From positions 6,265 to 70,264 of the forward strand of contig JAHFGT010000001.1 of NCBI GenBank assembly GCA_023247275.1: 64,000 nt of DNA, written 5' to 3'. The position numbers and the translations under genes are program-made. Positions 29,016 to 39,200 of this stretch are shown one piece after another. Origin of the DNA: Candidatus Omnitrophota bacterium (lineage in GTDB: Bacteria > Omnitrophota > Gorgyraeia > Aquiviventales > Aquiviventaceae). The stretch's first letter is position 1. Each line of letters starts with the position of its first letter. A model generated the notes under the pieces. The model had not been told where the DNA came from. It saw only the letters and a list, made by a program, of their open reading frames with translations, and did no database searches.

Positions 29016-29810
29016 TCACACGGTCTGTGGATCCGGATGCCGGAGCCGACGCCAGTCCCACCCGCCGAGCAGTTTTTGCTCAAACACCCGCACACGGTCG
29101 TGCCCAAGAATCTCCGTGCGACATAACAGCAACGGATCCCGGCCCGGACGATTCAGATCGTGGTGGCTGCACACGCCGAGTTGATAGCCCGCACGAGCCG
29201 CGGCATCCCTGACGCGTTGATCCACCGACCCATGCGGGTATGAGACCGTCGTGACCGGCCGCTGGACCACCTGCTCTATCCACCGGCGGCTGTCGCGCAA
29301 CTCCTGGTCAACATCCTGATCGTTTAACGTCGCCAACCGGCGATGCGTCATGCCATGAGAGCCGATCGAGCAGCCTGGTACGTCGGCCAACCGACGCAGC
29401 TCGGCCATCGTCAGGTAGGCTGGCTGCCCGGTGGTGACATACTGCGGGACGATGAACACGCTAAACGGCAGCGAGAGGGCGTGGAGGATGGGGGCGGCGA
29501 TGGTCCAGGTATCGCGAAAGCCGTCATCAAACGTGATCGCGACCTCCATAGCGTTGGCGGGCGTGGACCAGCCTGGCTCGAGCGCAATGGTGTTCACCTG
29601 TGGATAGCGAACGAGAGCCGCCATCTGTTTCCGGAAGCGTTCCGGGGCGATGCTGATTCCATACGGGTCTGATGGTAGTCGGGTGCCGACCGCATGGTAG
29701 AGGAGAATTCGCAGGCCGGCTGCTGGCTGCCCGGCGCGTGCCAGCGAATAGATCTCAGCGATTCCTCTTGAAACCGCACGCTTCCAACTGATCGCAGTCA
29801 GCGCAGCCAC
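29016..29810 (-). CDS. Polysaccharide deacetylase (CE4)
   Basis: ILLYHAV, ITFDDGF, GSHGMTH, SYPHG; start approximate. Confidence 0.88.
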   Translation of the reverse strand: MAALTAISWKRAVSRGIAEIYSLARAGQPAAGLRILLYHAVGTRLPSDPYGISIAPERFRKQMAALVRYPQVNTIALEPGWSTPANAMEVAITFDDGFRDTWTIAAPILHALSLPFSVFIVPQYVTTGQPAYLTMAELRRLADVPGCSIGSHGMTHRRLATLNDQDVDQELRDSRRWIEQVVQRPVTTVSYPHGSVDQRVRDAAARAGYQLGVCSHHDLNRPGRDPLLLCRTEILGHDRVRVFEQKLLGGWDWRRLRHPDPQTV

Positions 29811-30820
29811 CGTCTCATGGCCTGATTGGCCCCCCAGGACACCGCCTTGGTCAAGGCCCATTCCCATTCGCCCAGATATTGGATCCGCTCTCCGCCAAAT
29901 CCTTGTTTGAAATGGTTCACACCGGCGGCTGACGGCTGGTCCGGGCTGATCCCTCCGAAATCGAGTCGGCTGGCTCCGCGCTGTTTCAACACATCAAACA
30001 AGGTCGAGATCATCGCGTAGGCCGCGCTCACTCGCCTGCCCTGCGTCCCGGTGGCCGCCGTCATGTAGAACACCTTGTCCCCGATCCGCAGCGTCAGGCA
30101 GGCGGTCACCGGCACGCGGGCCTGATACCCGATTAACACCAGACAATTGGACTGAAACTGGTCAGCGAGGGCTTGCAGGCTCCCCAACTCCACCGCTGGT
30201 AGCCTGGCCTGCTTGACGCGAGACATCTGCGCATACAGGTGCGCGAAATCGTCCAGCAACGCGGAGGAACGACCCATGGTCCATGTGAGTCCTGCGGCCT
30301 GCGACTGCTTCACATAGTACCGGTGCTTGCGGGTCATGGCTGAGCGCAATTCGTCGAGCGACCGGGTGAGGTCCAACTGAATCGTGTAGCCACTGGTCAC
30401 TGGTACGCTGGGTCGCCCGCAGACACGGGTCAAGCCGGCCGCCGCCTCAGCACACACCCGGTGATGACTGGAAAATCTGGCGTAGACCAGCCGGTGATGG
30501 CGACGAAATGATTCCAACCACTCTGACACCAGCGCTCCGGACATCTGGCCGTGACAGTTTGGAAATCCGATCACCGGCCCACCAGGCGTCCAGACCAAGA
30601 AACGATTGAAGAGGAGCTGTTTCTTGAGGACCTGCAGACAGCCAAGCGGCTGGCGGTGCTCATCGATCGCCTGCCATCGCTCAGGTTCCCATCCAGATCG
30701 GCGCTTGTATTCGCCCCAGGCATACGATTGGAACGGGTTGGCGTCCGTGGCTTGGCCGAGCAGCTGGTCCCACGCCGCGGGTGTGGTGTCTTGCGCAGAA
30801 CAGCGAACCCATTCTACCAT
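29798..30820 (-). CDS. FemAB/FemX-like (GNAT-fold) aminoacyl/acyl transferase
   Basis: NPFQSYAWGEYK, TIQLDL..S.DEL, RYYVK, LDFGGI, GV.HFKQGFGG. Confidence 0.82.
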   Translation of the reverse strand: MVEWVRCSAQDTTPAAWDQLLGQATDANPFQSYAWGEYKRRSGWEPERWQAIDEHRQPLGCLQVLKKQLLFNRFLVWTPGGPVIGFPNCHGQMSGALVSEWLESFRRHHRLVYARFSSHHRVCAEAAAGLTRVCGRPSVPVTSGYTIQLDLTRSLDELRSAMTRKHRYYVKQSQAAGLTWTMGRSSALLDDFAHLYAQMSRVKQARLPAVELGSLQALADQFQSNCLVLIGYQARVPVTACLTLRIGDKVFYMTAATGTQGRRVSAAYAMISTLFDVLKQRGASRLDFGGISPDQPSAAGVNHFKQGFGGERIQYLGEWEWALTKAVSWGANQAMRRWLR

Positions 30821-32808
30821 AGGAATCTCACGCACCAGAGTGCGGTTACTCCTCGGCGAGCCGATGTATCGGTCGCGAGATCCGGCCACTGGAAACAGCG
30901 CAATCCCTGCTGGTGCAACGCGGCTCTCGCCTGCTGTAGCTGGCCTGCTGCCCGAAAGGGATAGCCATACGGAACGACCCAGGCCGGCAGCGTGGGAAAT
31001 ATCGGCTGAACACCGACCCTGGCCAACAGGTGTCCCACGAACTGATACAGCTGTTGACGTCGTGTGGTTTCTTGGATCGGATCGACCAGATGAATGTCGT
31101 CAGCCAACAGCGCAGAGGGCCGAGCGGATTCTGGCAGCGTCGTCTCATCGCGGGCGACAGGCCAGAGCGGACGCGTCGAGTCGAGTAGCCATTGGAATCG
31201 GCGCTCACCAAGCCATGGCACCGCGCCCCGCACGGCTTGCTTTATACGGTACCGGACTGGCACATGCCCATCAAACCGGGGCTGCGGCGGCAGGTCAAAT
31301 GAAGAATCCGCCTGCACCGCTAACCCAGCACCATTTGGCAGGGGGATCGTCTTACGGAAGCTAAAAATTCCTAGCGGCGCGCGGGTCCCGAGCCATGCGC
31401 CTGCAGCGTCTTTGCTCAAGAACCCGTGCGCGTTGTCTTCAATGAGCACGGCTCTGGTGCGTCGAGCGTACGCCTCAAACAGAGCCAGGTCTTGTGGGAA
31501 TCCAAAATAGTTGACGGCAATGATCGCGCGCGCCGGTGGCAGCGTTGCTGGATCATCGGCCAGCGCCAGCTTTTCGTTGACCCGATAGAACACCGGCCGC
31601 GCGCCAACCGCGTGCAGGCTTGACAACAGTTCCCGGCAGATCAGCTCAGGCATCAGTACCGCGTCGCCAGGACGAACCTGAATCAGCCGAAGGGCTTGCG
31701 TCAAGGCCCATCGGCCATAGTTAAAGTAGCGCAGCCGCACCCCAGGCCCGAGCAGCGCCTGAATCGACCACGGCTGCTCTGCTCTGGGCAGGACATAGAC
31801 CGATCGGGATCGGGGACAGCCACCGATCTCCGATTGTTTGATGGAAGAGATCGGTGGCTGTCCCCGATTCCCGGTGATTCGGATCAAGACCTGACGGGCG
31901 CACCGGCTGGCAAGCCAGGGCCATCGATTCGCAACGAACGACTCGAGCTGGAGCGGATACGGATGTGGCGCCAGACGCAGGTCCGGATGAAACCACAACT
32001 CAGAATATCCCGCAACAATCTCACACCGGCCGCCACGAAACGATCGCCACCGCTGTGTCCACGCTCGAGCCGACAAACGGTTCAGCTCCATGATCCCGGT
32101 GGATCCTCGACGATGAAACCGTTTGCCGAAGAGCCGATACACGGCGCGCAGCCCGAGCGCCGGGTTCAGATTATGGAGTTCGATCAAACACCGCGATTGC
32201 AACACTCGATCGCATTCCTCCTGGAACTTGGCGAACACAGTCTCTGGCAGATGCTGCAGTGTCTGCACACTCCACAACCCGGTGATGGTCGCATCGCGAA
32301 TCGGCAGCGCGGCCGCATCCGCGCAGACCAGCACCACACGAGGATGGGAGCCGAGCACCTGTTGCGCGAGCCGCAGATTGCCCAGCGATAGATCGACCCC
32401 GAGGATCCGTGCCCCGCTGGTCTGGGATAACCAATGCCATCCGTAGCCGATTCCCACATCCAAGATCCACTGGTCTGCCGCCCAGCGACGGTAGAATGCG
32501 CTGGCCTGTTGAGCCATGACCGGCAGACAGTGGTGTTGAGCGGCCCTGCGGAGCAATGCGTCACGCGTGGCATGCTGCTGCGTCATGGCTTGAGCCTCTC
32601 GAAATCGGATCTCTGACGCTTGCGCAGGACGATGACCAGGCAACAGCATCGGGATTCCATCGAGAATCGGATACCGCTGGTCGCATCCTGCGCAGCGAAT
32701 CCGGTCGGCAGACTCGAGCGCCAATTGGGCGTGGCAGGCTGGACAGGCCAGCACCTCTGAGAGAGCCTGTTGCAGCGGTTCGCTCTCAAGCAGCGTGTGG
32801 GTGTCCAT
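30814..32808 (-). CDS. Fusion: Trm112-like Zn finger, SAM methyltransferase and DegT/DnrJ-like PLP domain
   Basis: LACPAC..CAGC..YPILDGIP; ILDVGIGYG; NYGRWAL, VNYFGF, IEDNAHG, FSFRKT. ATG 32808 in a TAATG overlap. Confidence 0.8.
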   Translation of the reverse strand: MDTHTLLESEPLQQALSEVLACPACHAQLALESADRIRCAGCDQRYPILDGIPMLLPGHRPAQASEIRFREAQAMTQQHATRDALLRRAAQHHCLPVMAQQASAFYRRWAADQWILDVGIGYGWHWLSQTSGARILGVDLSLGNLRLAQQVLGSHPRVVLVCADAAALPIRDATITGLWSVQTLQHLPETVFAKFQEECDRVLQSRCLIELHNLNPALGLRAVYRLFGKRFHRRGSTGIMELNRLSARAWTQRWRSFRGGRCEIVAGYSELWFHPDLRLAPHPYPLQLESFVANRWPWLASRCARQVLIRITGNRGQPPISSIKQSEIGGCPRSRSVYVLPRAEQPWSIQALLGPGVRLRYFNYGRWALTQALRLIQVRPGDAVLMPELICRELLSSLHAVGARPVFYRVNEKLALADDPATLPPARAIIAVNYFGFPQDLALFEAYARRTRAVLIEDNAHGFLSKDAAGAWLGTRAPLGIFSFRKTIPLPNGAGLAVQADSSFDLPPQPRFDGHVPVRYRIKQAVRGAVPWLGERRFQWLLDSTRPLWPVARDETTLPESARPSALLADDIHLVDPIQETTRRQQLYQFVGHLLARVGVQPIFPTLPAWVVPYGYPFRAAGQLQQARAALHQQGLRCFQWPDLATDTSARRGVTALWCVRFLW

Positions 32809-33704
32809 TACCGTCGCACCCGCGCCAGATTGAGCAGGCCTAAGACGCACGTCTTCCAGGCGAATGGATCTTGCTCTAGCGCCTGCCCAAAGCTGTGCCA
32901 GGCGCGGGCATGGTCGCCCTGTTGCATCAAGGCATGTGCCGCGCCGCGGATCGCCGCCGCGCGCTGCCGCCGCATGGCATACCGGTATCGGAGCGATCGA
33001 TTCGTCCACTGTTGGTAGTGCGCGTCCAACACCGCCAGCACATGGTCGCGATGCTCCTCGATCCGGCTGGTCACGCCCAGCGGATGGACCCGGTAGACGC
33101 CGAGCGGTTCATGCAGGTAGGTGAATCGACCGCCGGCTTTGGCCAGGCGCAACCATAGATCATAGTCTTCGACGCCGTTGATTCGCAGCTCCTCGGAAAA
33201 CCCGCCCACGTCGAGGACAAGCCGCCGCCGCACCACGGTCGCGGACGTTGACAGGCAGTTCCCGCGAAACAAGAGCTGATCGTATCGTCGATGCGGCCCG
33301 TACCGCAGCCGCGATCGATGGCCATTCTCTCGCACCAACCACTCGTCATGACACACAAGGTCGATCGCGGGATCGTTCTCCAACACCGCGCTGACCCGCT
33401 CTAACTTGCGGTCCACCCAATAGTCATCCGCATCCAAAAACGCCACGAACCGACCGCTCGCCGCCTGGATCCCGGTGTTGCGCGCCGCGCCGATGCCCTG
33501 ATGTGGTTGAGTGCACAGCCGGATGACGACGTCCGGATGGTCGCGTCTCCAGGCGTCGGCGAGATCACGCGTTCGGTCGGTTGACCCGTCGTCGACCACT
33601 ACGACTTCATCCGCTCGACAGGTCTGCTGCTGGACAGAATCCAGCGCCTGGGTGATGAACCGCTCAGCGTTACGGGCAGGAATGATGACGCTATACAAGG
33701 ACAT
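32808..33704 (-). CDS. GT2 glycosyltransferase
   Basis: SVIIPARN, VDDGSTD, ARNTGI, FLDADD, EDYDLWLR. Confidence 0.92.
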   Translation of the reverse strand: MSLYSVIIPARNAERFITQALDSVQQQTCRADEVVVVDDGSTDRTRDLADAWRRDHPDVVIRLCTQPHQGIGAARNTGIQAASGRFVAFLDADDYWVDRKLERVSAVLENDPAIDLVCHDEWLVRENGHRSRLRYGPHRRYDQLLFRGNCLSTSATVVRRRLVLDVGGFSEELRINGVEDYDLWLRLAKAGGRFTYLHEPLGVYRVHPLGVTSRIEEHRDHVLAVLDAHYQQWTNRSLRYRYAMRRQRAAAIRGAAHALMQQGDHARAWHSFGQALEQDPFAWKTCVLGLLNLARVRR

Positions 33705-35553
33705 CGGCGACGGCAGCCGCAACGGTCCGGGTCCCGGCAGAGAATAACTGCTCGCGCATGTAGGCTCTCTCAGCGGGTGATGGCATACCCTGGTGTGGAT
33801 GCTGGCACCAGCGCTCGAGCGCTGTCCGCAGTTCGCCGATCGATCCGAATCGCGGAATCGCCATCACAGCAGCCAACGCCGCGCTGTTAAAACCGGTCGG
33901 CAGCCATTGCCACACCGGTTTGCCGAGCACGAACGCCTCTTCAGCGACGGTCGAATACGTAAACAACACCAGGTCCGCCGCACGCACATCGTCATCGAGC
34001 GGCGCCTGGCTGATAGTGATGCGCTCGTTCCATTTGGTAATGGCCGGGTGGCGACTGATGGGCTGCAAGGGATGCGGTCGCAGGCGGATGCGAATCTGCG
34101 CCATGCCGTCTGTCGCTGCGCACACCGCATCGACTAACTCCAGTTCAGTCGCCAGGTCAAATCCAAGTGCGACGAGAATCTCGAGCGGCCGAGCGCCACC
34201 CGCTGCCAAGGATACCGGACCGCGCGTCAAGGCAATCGCTCGCAGATACTCATAGCGCGGGGTGCCGGTCGGGACGAGCTGCTGACGGGAATACCCGCAG
34301 GTGCGCAGCACCCGCTGGGCCCATGTGCCCATCGTGCACACCATCGCTGGATGCGGAACCGCCACGCCATCCGGCCGCCCCTGAAACTCGAGCGTCGGGT
34401 GCAGCAATAAGAACGTTTTTTCGTGGCTATAGCTTGCGTGTTGGACCGCCCACGAAGTCGTCCCGACCGCCGCGCGCTGCGCGCCCTCATAACAGGCCCG
34501 GGCGTGCGGAAAATGTTCCAGGAAGCTGAGCATCAGTGTCGGCCGATATCGCTGGCACGCACGCTGGGTGGCCAGCGCGACCACCCCCCCATGGGGCAGA
34601 CTGGAATCCAATGTCCCTTGGATCAGCTTGTCAGAGAACAGCGGATAATAGTTCAGCCCGTCCCGCCAACAGGCCGCACGTAACGCCCCAGACTGGTGGA
34701 ATTGCCGCACGATCCACCACGGACGCAGATCCATGAGCGCTGTGCATACCTCCTGCCACCGCAAGAGCGACTGGAGCATCACAACCTGGTCCGTGGCCTG
34801 GGACGTAGGCTGCGCTTGGTGCGGATCATACCAGGCCAACCATCCGCAGGAGATCTGCTGGCTACGAAGCTCGGTTGGCAACTGCCCAAAATATTTGTCA
34901 ACGAGCTTCCCGGTCGTTTGATCCCACCGCACGCTCCAACTCCAAAACCCGCACAACGCCACTTGAAACGATCGACCTGGAAGGCTGCGGCGGCGCAAGC
35001 GCCTGCAGTCGCGCAAGAGCCGGGCTCCATACCGCAGGCGCGTGGCGATGGCTCGGATCATGTCCACCCATCCATGGGACCGACGCTGGCTTCGTTCCAC
35101 CACATGAAATCGGGTTTTCAGTACCGCCACGATTCGAGCTGGGGCGCCATCGAGAATCAGGCGATCGCATCGCGCCTGGGCCGCGGTCGCGCAAATTGTC
35201 AGAATCGCGATGAGGTCGTTAAAGGTTGGGTCGACCTCGCAATCTTTGAACGTGACCGGATGAAACCACCATCGACTCGCGTGCCCTGGCACGGTGAGTC
35301 GCTGACGCAACGTCTGCCCGTCACGATCGGTAGCCAGACCCAGCCGTGCGACCAAGTGGACATACAATCGACGGGCCGTTGTCCGCACCCCCTGTGAAGC
35401 GACCCGTGCCCGGACCACGGTATGGGGAGATCGGACGGCTAACGCTTCCTCTTGAATCGGTGGGAGAAAACTGAGGATCGCGGCGGACGTAACAAACGCC
35501 TGTCGCGGCGGCTCGCGCCAACAGACCCAGACGGACCGCTGGCCAGCCGCCAT
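33691..35553 (-). CDS. Surface carbohydrate biosynthesis protein (resembles the Leptospira LIC13510 / TIGR04326 family)
   Basis: SRWW....K, DKYFG.LP, VQHA, G.PRY, RPHP, STVAEEA...G.P; family assigned from recalled motifs only. Confidence 0.6.
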   Translation of the reverse strand: MAAGQRSVWVCWREPPRQAFVTSAAILSFLPPIQEEALAVRSPHTVVRARVASQGVRTTARRLYVHLVARLGLATDRDGQTLRQRLTVPGHASRWWFHPVTFKDCEVDPTFNDLIAILTICATAAQARCDRLILDGAPARIVAVLKTRFHVVERSQRRSHGWVDMIRAIATRLRYGARLLRDCRRLRRRSLPGRSFQVALCGFWSWSVRWDQTTGKLVDKYFGQLPTELRSQQISCGWLAWYDPHQAQPTSQATDQVVMLQSLLRWQEVCTALMDLRPWWIVRQFHQSGALRAACWRDGLNYYPLFSDKLIQGTLDSSLPHGGVVALATQRACQRYRPTLMLSFLEHFPHARACYEGAQRAAVGTTSWAVQHASYSHEKTFLLLHPTLEFQGRPDGVAVPHPAMVCTMGTWAQRVLRTCGYSRQQLVPTGTPRYEYLRAIALTRGPVSLAAGGARPLEILVALGFDLATELELVDAVCAATDGMAQIRIRLRPHPLQPISRHPAITKWNERITISQAPLDDDVRAADLVLFTYSTVAEEAFVLGKPVWQWLPTGFNSAALAAVMAIPRFGSIGELRTALERWCQHPHQGMPSPAERAYMREQLFSAGTRTVAAAVADVLV

Positions 35554-37469
35554 CACGCACCCGAAGGGACGACGTCGGTCGTCGGATTGACCGCGAGGAT
35601 CACCTTGAGATGGGTGCGGGCGCGCGCCAGTTGCCAGGCATGTTCAAATGCCTGCATCGGCAGTGTGTGTTGGAGCAACGCCGTGGTGTCGATCGTTGGC
35701 AGCAGGTTAATCGCTTCTTCGAAATCTACGCCAGCGCTTGCCACCGAGCCGATGAGGGTTTTGTCAGATCCTACGATGTCTTCAAAATTGTACGGCCGGC
35801 GGGCATACGGCAACCCGAGCAGCAAGATCGTGGATCCCGGCGCAGATTGGCGCAAGATCCTCTCAAGCGAATCAGGATCTCCGGTTGCCTCAATGATCAC
35901 GCTAACATCGCGAAGCGAATCCAATCCCTGCGCACTCCTCATGTTGGTGGCCGTCAGGAGCCTGAGCCGATCAACGCGCTGATCCACAACGATCACGTGA
36001 TGACCTCGACGCGCCAGCACCTGCGCGACCAGATGCCCGATCGGCCCGGCTCCGATCACCGCGCAGCTCTTCGGTCCACTAGGGCCCCAGGCAGATTCCA
36101 ATCGCCGGAGCCCTTTCAAGACGACAGCGAGCGGTTCGCAGAGTGCGGCGGCTTTTAAACTCACCTGGTCTGGAAGCCGATGGACGCACCGAGCCGGCAC
36201 GATCAGATAGTCGGCATAGCCGCCGTGATGGCCGATGACCCCTACCTCCTGGCGCTCAGGACACTGAACCGTGTCGCCGGCGCGACAGACAGCGCACTCT
36301 CCACAGCCTTGAAGGCACTCGACCACGACCCGATCCCCCTCAGCCCACTCAGTGACCCGAGATCCGCTCGCCGCGATCACCCCAGAGCATTCGTGTCCTG
36401 GCACGACCGGATAGCTGGCTTGTCCTGACCGGTAATAGCCTAACGTCCCGTCGAGGATGTCCAGGTCCGTCGCGCACACACCTTCGTACGCCACCCGGAT
36501 CAACACCTCGCTGGGCTTGAGCAGAGGCAGTTCGAGCTGCTCAAGGCTGGCCTGCCCTGGCCCACGAATCACGACCGCTGGATACGACACGCGAAACAAC
36601 AGCCGGGCCTGCGCCGACTCGTTCGATGCCTGATGCCCGTTCCATAACCCGGTCGCGGTCCCGACAAACTTCTGCCATCGAAACTGTGCGATCTCAGCGC
36701 CTCGGGTCTGGAGGCAACGGCCATGCCACGCATGGGCCAGATCGCCGATCAGATAACGCAGTTCGCGCCAGGCTTCCCCGGTGACATCCCAGGGCTGTTT
36801 CAGCCCGAGCGTCTTGGCCGCCTGCGCCTCTCGGTAATATCGTCGAAACACCTGCGGCCAGGTTTCGCGATGGAGATGGCAGACGCTGGCCGCTGGTTCA
36901 TAGATGACCTGGTACCCTTGCTGCATCCAATGCTTGGCCCATTCGATATCCTCAAGACCTGGCAACCGCTCATCAAACGGATGCTGCTCCCACAGCTCTC
37001 GCCGCAGCGCCGCGTTGGCGTTATTCGCGAAAAACCGCGGAGACGTCAGGACCTGTCGACAGCCTCCAAACGTCCGCCGAAAGTCACGCGCCTCGCCCAG
37101 CTTGGAGTCCTGATGACCTTCCTGCCGCCCATACACCATGGCGGTCTGCTCCTCGCGAAGCGCAGCAATCAGATGTGTCAACCAGTCAGGGCCTGTCGGC
37201 AGCGCATGCGCAGAAACGATGACCAGATACCGACCCTGACTGTTGCGGATTCCGACATTGGCAGAGTAGCCGAAGGTGAAGTCCTGTTGCCGAATCCGTA
37301 CGAGCCGGTCAGCGCGCTCCTGCGCGATGGCGCGCGTGCGGTCGATCGACCCTGAGTCCACGACAATGGTCTCAACATCCTGGTAGGTCTGCGCGGCGAG
37401 TCGGTCGAACAACGCCGGCAAGAGGGCTTCTTCGTTATAGGTGCGGATAATAATCGAGGTCTCAGCCAT
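35553..37469 (-). CDS. Fusion: GT2 (rhamnosyltransferase-like) plus Zn-dependent MDR alcohol dehydrogenase
   Basis: SIIIRTYNE, DSGS.D, LEDIEW; GVCATD, PGHECSG, CGECAVC......C, GAGPIG. Confidence 0.85.
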   Translation of the reverse strand: MAETSIIIRTYNEEALLPALFDRLAAQTYQDVETIVVDSGSIDRTRAIAQERADRLVRIRQQDFTFGYSANVGIRNSQGRYLVIVSAHALPTGPDWLTHLIAALREEQTAMVYGRQEGHQDSKLGEARDFRRTFGGCRQVLTSPRFFANNANAALRRELWEQHPFDERLPGLEDIEWAKHWMQQGYQVIYEPAASVCHLHRETWPQVFRRYYREAQAAKTLGLKQPWDVTGEAWRELRYLIGDLAHAWHGRCLQTRGAEIAQFRWQKFVGTATGLWNGHQASNESAQARLLFRVSYPAVVIRGPGQASLEQLELPLLKPSEVLIRVAYEGVCATDLDILDGTLGYYRSGQASYPVVPGHECSGVIAASGSRVTEWAEGDRVVVECLQGCGECAVCRAGDTVQCPERQEVGVIGHHGGYADYLIVPARCVHRLPDQVSLKAAALCEPLAVVLKGLRRLESAWGPSGPKSCAVIGAGPIGHLVAQVLARRGHHVIVVDQRVDRLRLLTATNMRSAQGLDSLRDVSVIIEATGDPDSLERILRQSAPGSTILLLGLPYARRPYNFEDIVGSDKTLIGSVASAGVDFEEAINLLPTIDTTALLQHTLPMQAFEHAWQLARARTHLKVILAVNPTTDVVPSGA

Positions 37470-38424
37470 GGGCGGATGTCTGCGCAACCGGTCGGTGTAA
37501 GACGTCCAGCAGATTTCGGATCGTGCGTTCGTGCACCGCAGTCGCGGCTTGGGGGCTGCTGTTCGCGTTGTGCGGAGCCAGCCAACAGTTGGGCAGTCGA
37601 CGGAGCGGGCTGTCCGCCGGCAACGGCTCAACGTCGAACACATCCAACGCCGCGCCGGCGATTCGTCTTTGCTCCAGGGCGCGCACCAACGCGGATTCCT
37701 CTATCACCGGCCCGCGCGAGGTATTCACGATCACAGCGGTCGGTTTCATGCGCGCGAACGCCGACTCGTCCATCAAATGAAACGAGGTGGGGTTCAGTGA
37801 CGGGTTCAGACTGATACAATCGGCCTCGCGCAGGAGCTGGTCACGTGCCACCATCTGGATCCCGGTACTGGCGACAAATGGCTGTGGTAGCTCTACCGGA
37901 TCATGTCCCAACACCCGCATGCCGAACGCGACCGCCCGACGCACCACCGCCTTGCCGCAATTGCCGACGCCGATCACCCCCAATGTGCGCTCCCGCAGCG
38001 AGACGAGTTCCGGCTTGATCCATTGGCCCTCATGCATCTGCGCATTCATCTCGGCCAGCCGACGGGCAAACAGCAGCAGATATCCCATGACCGTATCAGC
38101 CACTGGTTCACTAAACGCGTTCGGCGTATTGCACACTACGATCCCGCGTTGAGCCGCCGCCTCAAGGTCAATCGAATCGATTCCAGTGCCCCACTTTGAG
38201 ATGACCTTCAGCCGTGGTGCAGCCTCCAGCACCTGGCGCGTCAGCCGATCATCCCCGCAGATGATCCCGTCGATATCACCCACCACCGGCAACAATTCAG
38301 CCTCGCTCAGCCGTTCCTGGACGCGCGCGACAATGACCTCGCATCCAGCGGCTTCCAACGCTGCGCGGTACCGGTCAATCACCGATATGGCATACGGAGC
38401 AGAGATCAGCACCCGGTCGCTCAT
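37462..38424 (-). CDS. D-2-hydroxyacid (phosphoglycerate) dehydrogenase family
   Basis: ISKWGTGIDSID, GVIGVGNCG, NTSRGPVI, AALDVF..EP, APH. Confidence 0.9.
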   Translation of the reverse strand: MSDRVLISAPYAISVIDRYRAALEAAGCEVIVARVQERLSEAELLPVVGDIDGIICGDDRLTRQVLEAAPRLKVISKWGTGIDSIDLEAAAQRGIVVCNTPNAFSEPVADTVMGYLLLFARRLAEMNAQMHEGQWIKPELVSLRERTLGVIGVGNCGKAVVRRAVAFGMRVLGHDPVELPQPFVASTGIQMVARDQLLREADCISLNPSLNPTSFHLMDESAFARMKPTAVIVNTSRGPVIEESALVRALEQRRIAGAALDVFDVEPLPADSPLRRLPNCWLAPHNANSSPQAATAVHERTIRNLLDVLHRPVAQTSAHG

Positions 38425-39200
38425 TGCGCCGCGGCCGCCTGTCTGTAGCGAGCGATCAGCGGATCGTTCGCCAGCATCGCTTCAACGCTGGGCACATCAT
38501 CCGGCACATCAACCGCCTGGCTGAACCGATCGGTCTCAACCAAGCGCACGCGATACCCATGCTCCAAGAGCCGCAGCATATCGATCGACTCAGCCTGCTC
38601 CAATGGCGTTGGTGGCAGCGTAGCGTAGCGCAGCAACAGGTCCCGCCGGAATGGAATGACGCACACCTGCTTGTAATAGCGCGGATGGCTTGGCAATTCA
38701 CCGGGCGATGATCGGCGAGCCGGAATAACCGCCCGCGAAAAATACAGCGCGTCCCCGCGCGCTGACTGCACCACTTTAATCGTGTTCCAATCCTGTAACT
38801 CGCGCGCCGATCGGATCGGCGCGACCAGATTCACACACCCGACCGCCGGCTCGCGCGCCAACGGCTCGATGGCCGCATCGATCATTTCCGGGACGATCAA
38901 TGGTTCATCACCTTGGACCATCACGATGAGGTCCGCCGTCAACCCCTGCGCGGCCTCAGCGACTCGATCGCTCGCACGCTCATGAGCGGACGAGGTCATC
39001 ACCGCGTGCCCCCCAAACCGCTCAACCGCGGCGGCGATGGCGTCATCACACGTCGCCACCACCACATCGTCCAACGAGTCGCACAGCCGGGTGCGCCAAT
39101 AGACATGTTCGATCATCGGCCGGCCGGCGATCAGCGTCAGTGGTTTGCCAGGGAATCGGGTTGACCCAAGCCTGGCCGGGATGATCGCCGCGATCTTCAT
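38421..39200 (-). CDS. kdsB: CMP-Kdo synthetase-like cytidylyltransferase
   Basis: IIPARLGSTRFPGKPL, SDRVAEA, VQGDEP, LEQAESIDMLR.LE.G. Confidence 0.88.
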   Translation of the reverse strand: MKIAAIIPARLGSTRFPGKPLTLIAGRPMIEHVYWRTRLCDSLDDVVVATCDDAIAAAVERFGGHAVMTSSAHERASDRVAEAAQGLTADLIVMVQGDEPLIVPEMIDAAIEPLAREPAVGCVNLVAPIRSARELQDWNTIKVVQSARGDALYFSRAVIPARRSSPGELPSHPRYYKQVCVIPFRRDLLLRYATLPPTPLEQAESIDMLRLLEHGYRVRLVETDRFSQAVDVPDDVPSVEAMLANDPLIARYRQAAAAQ

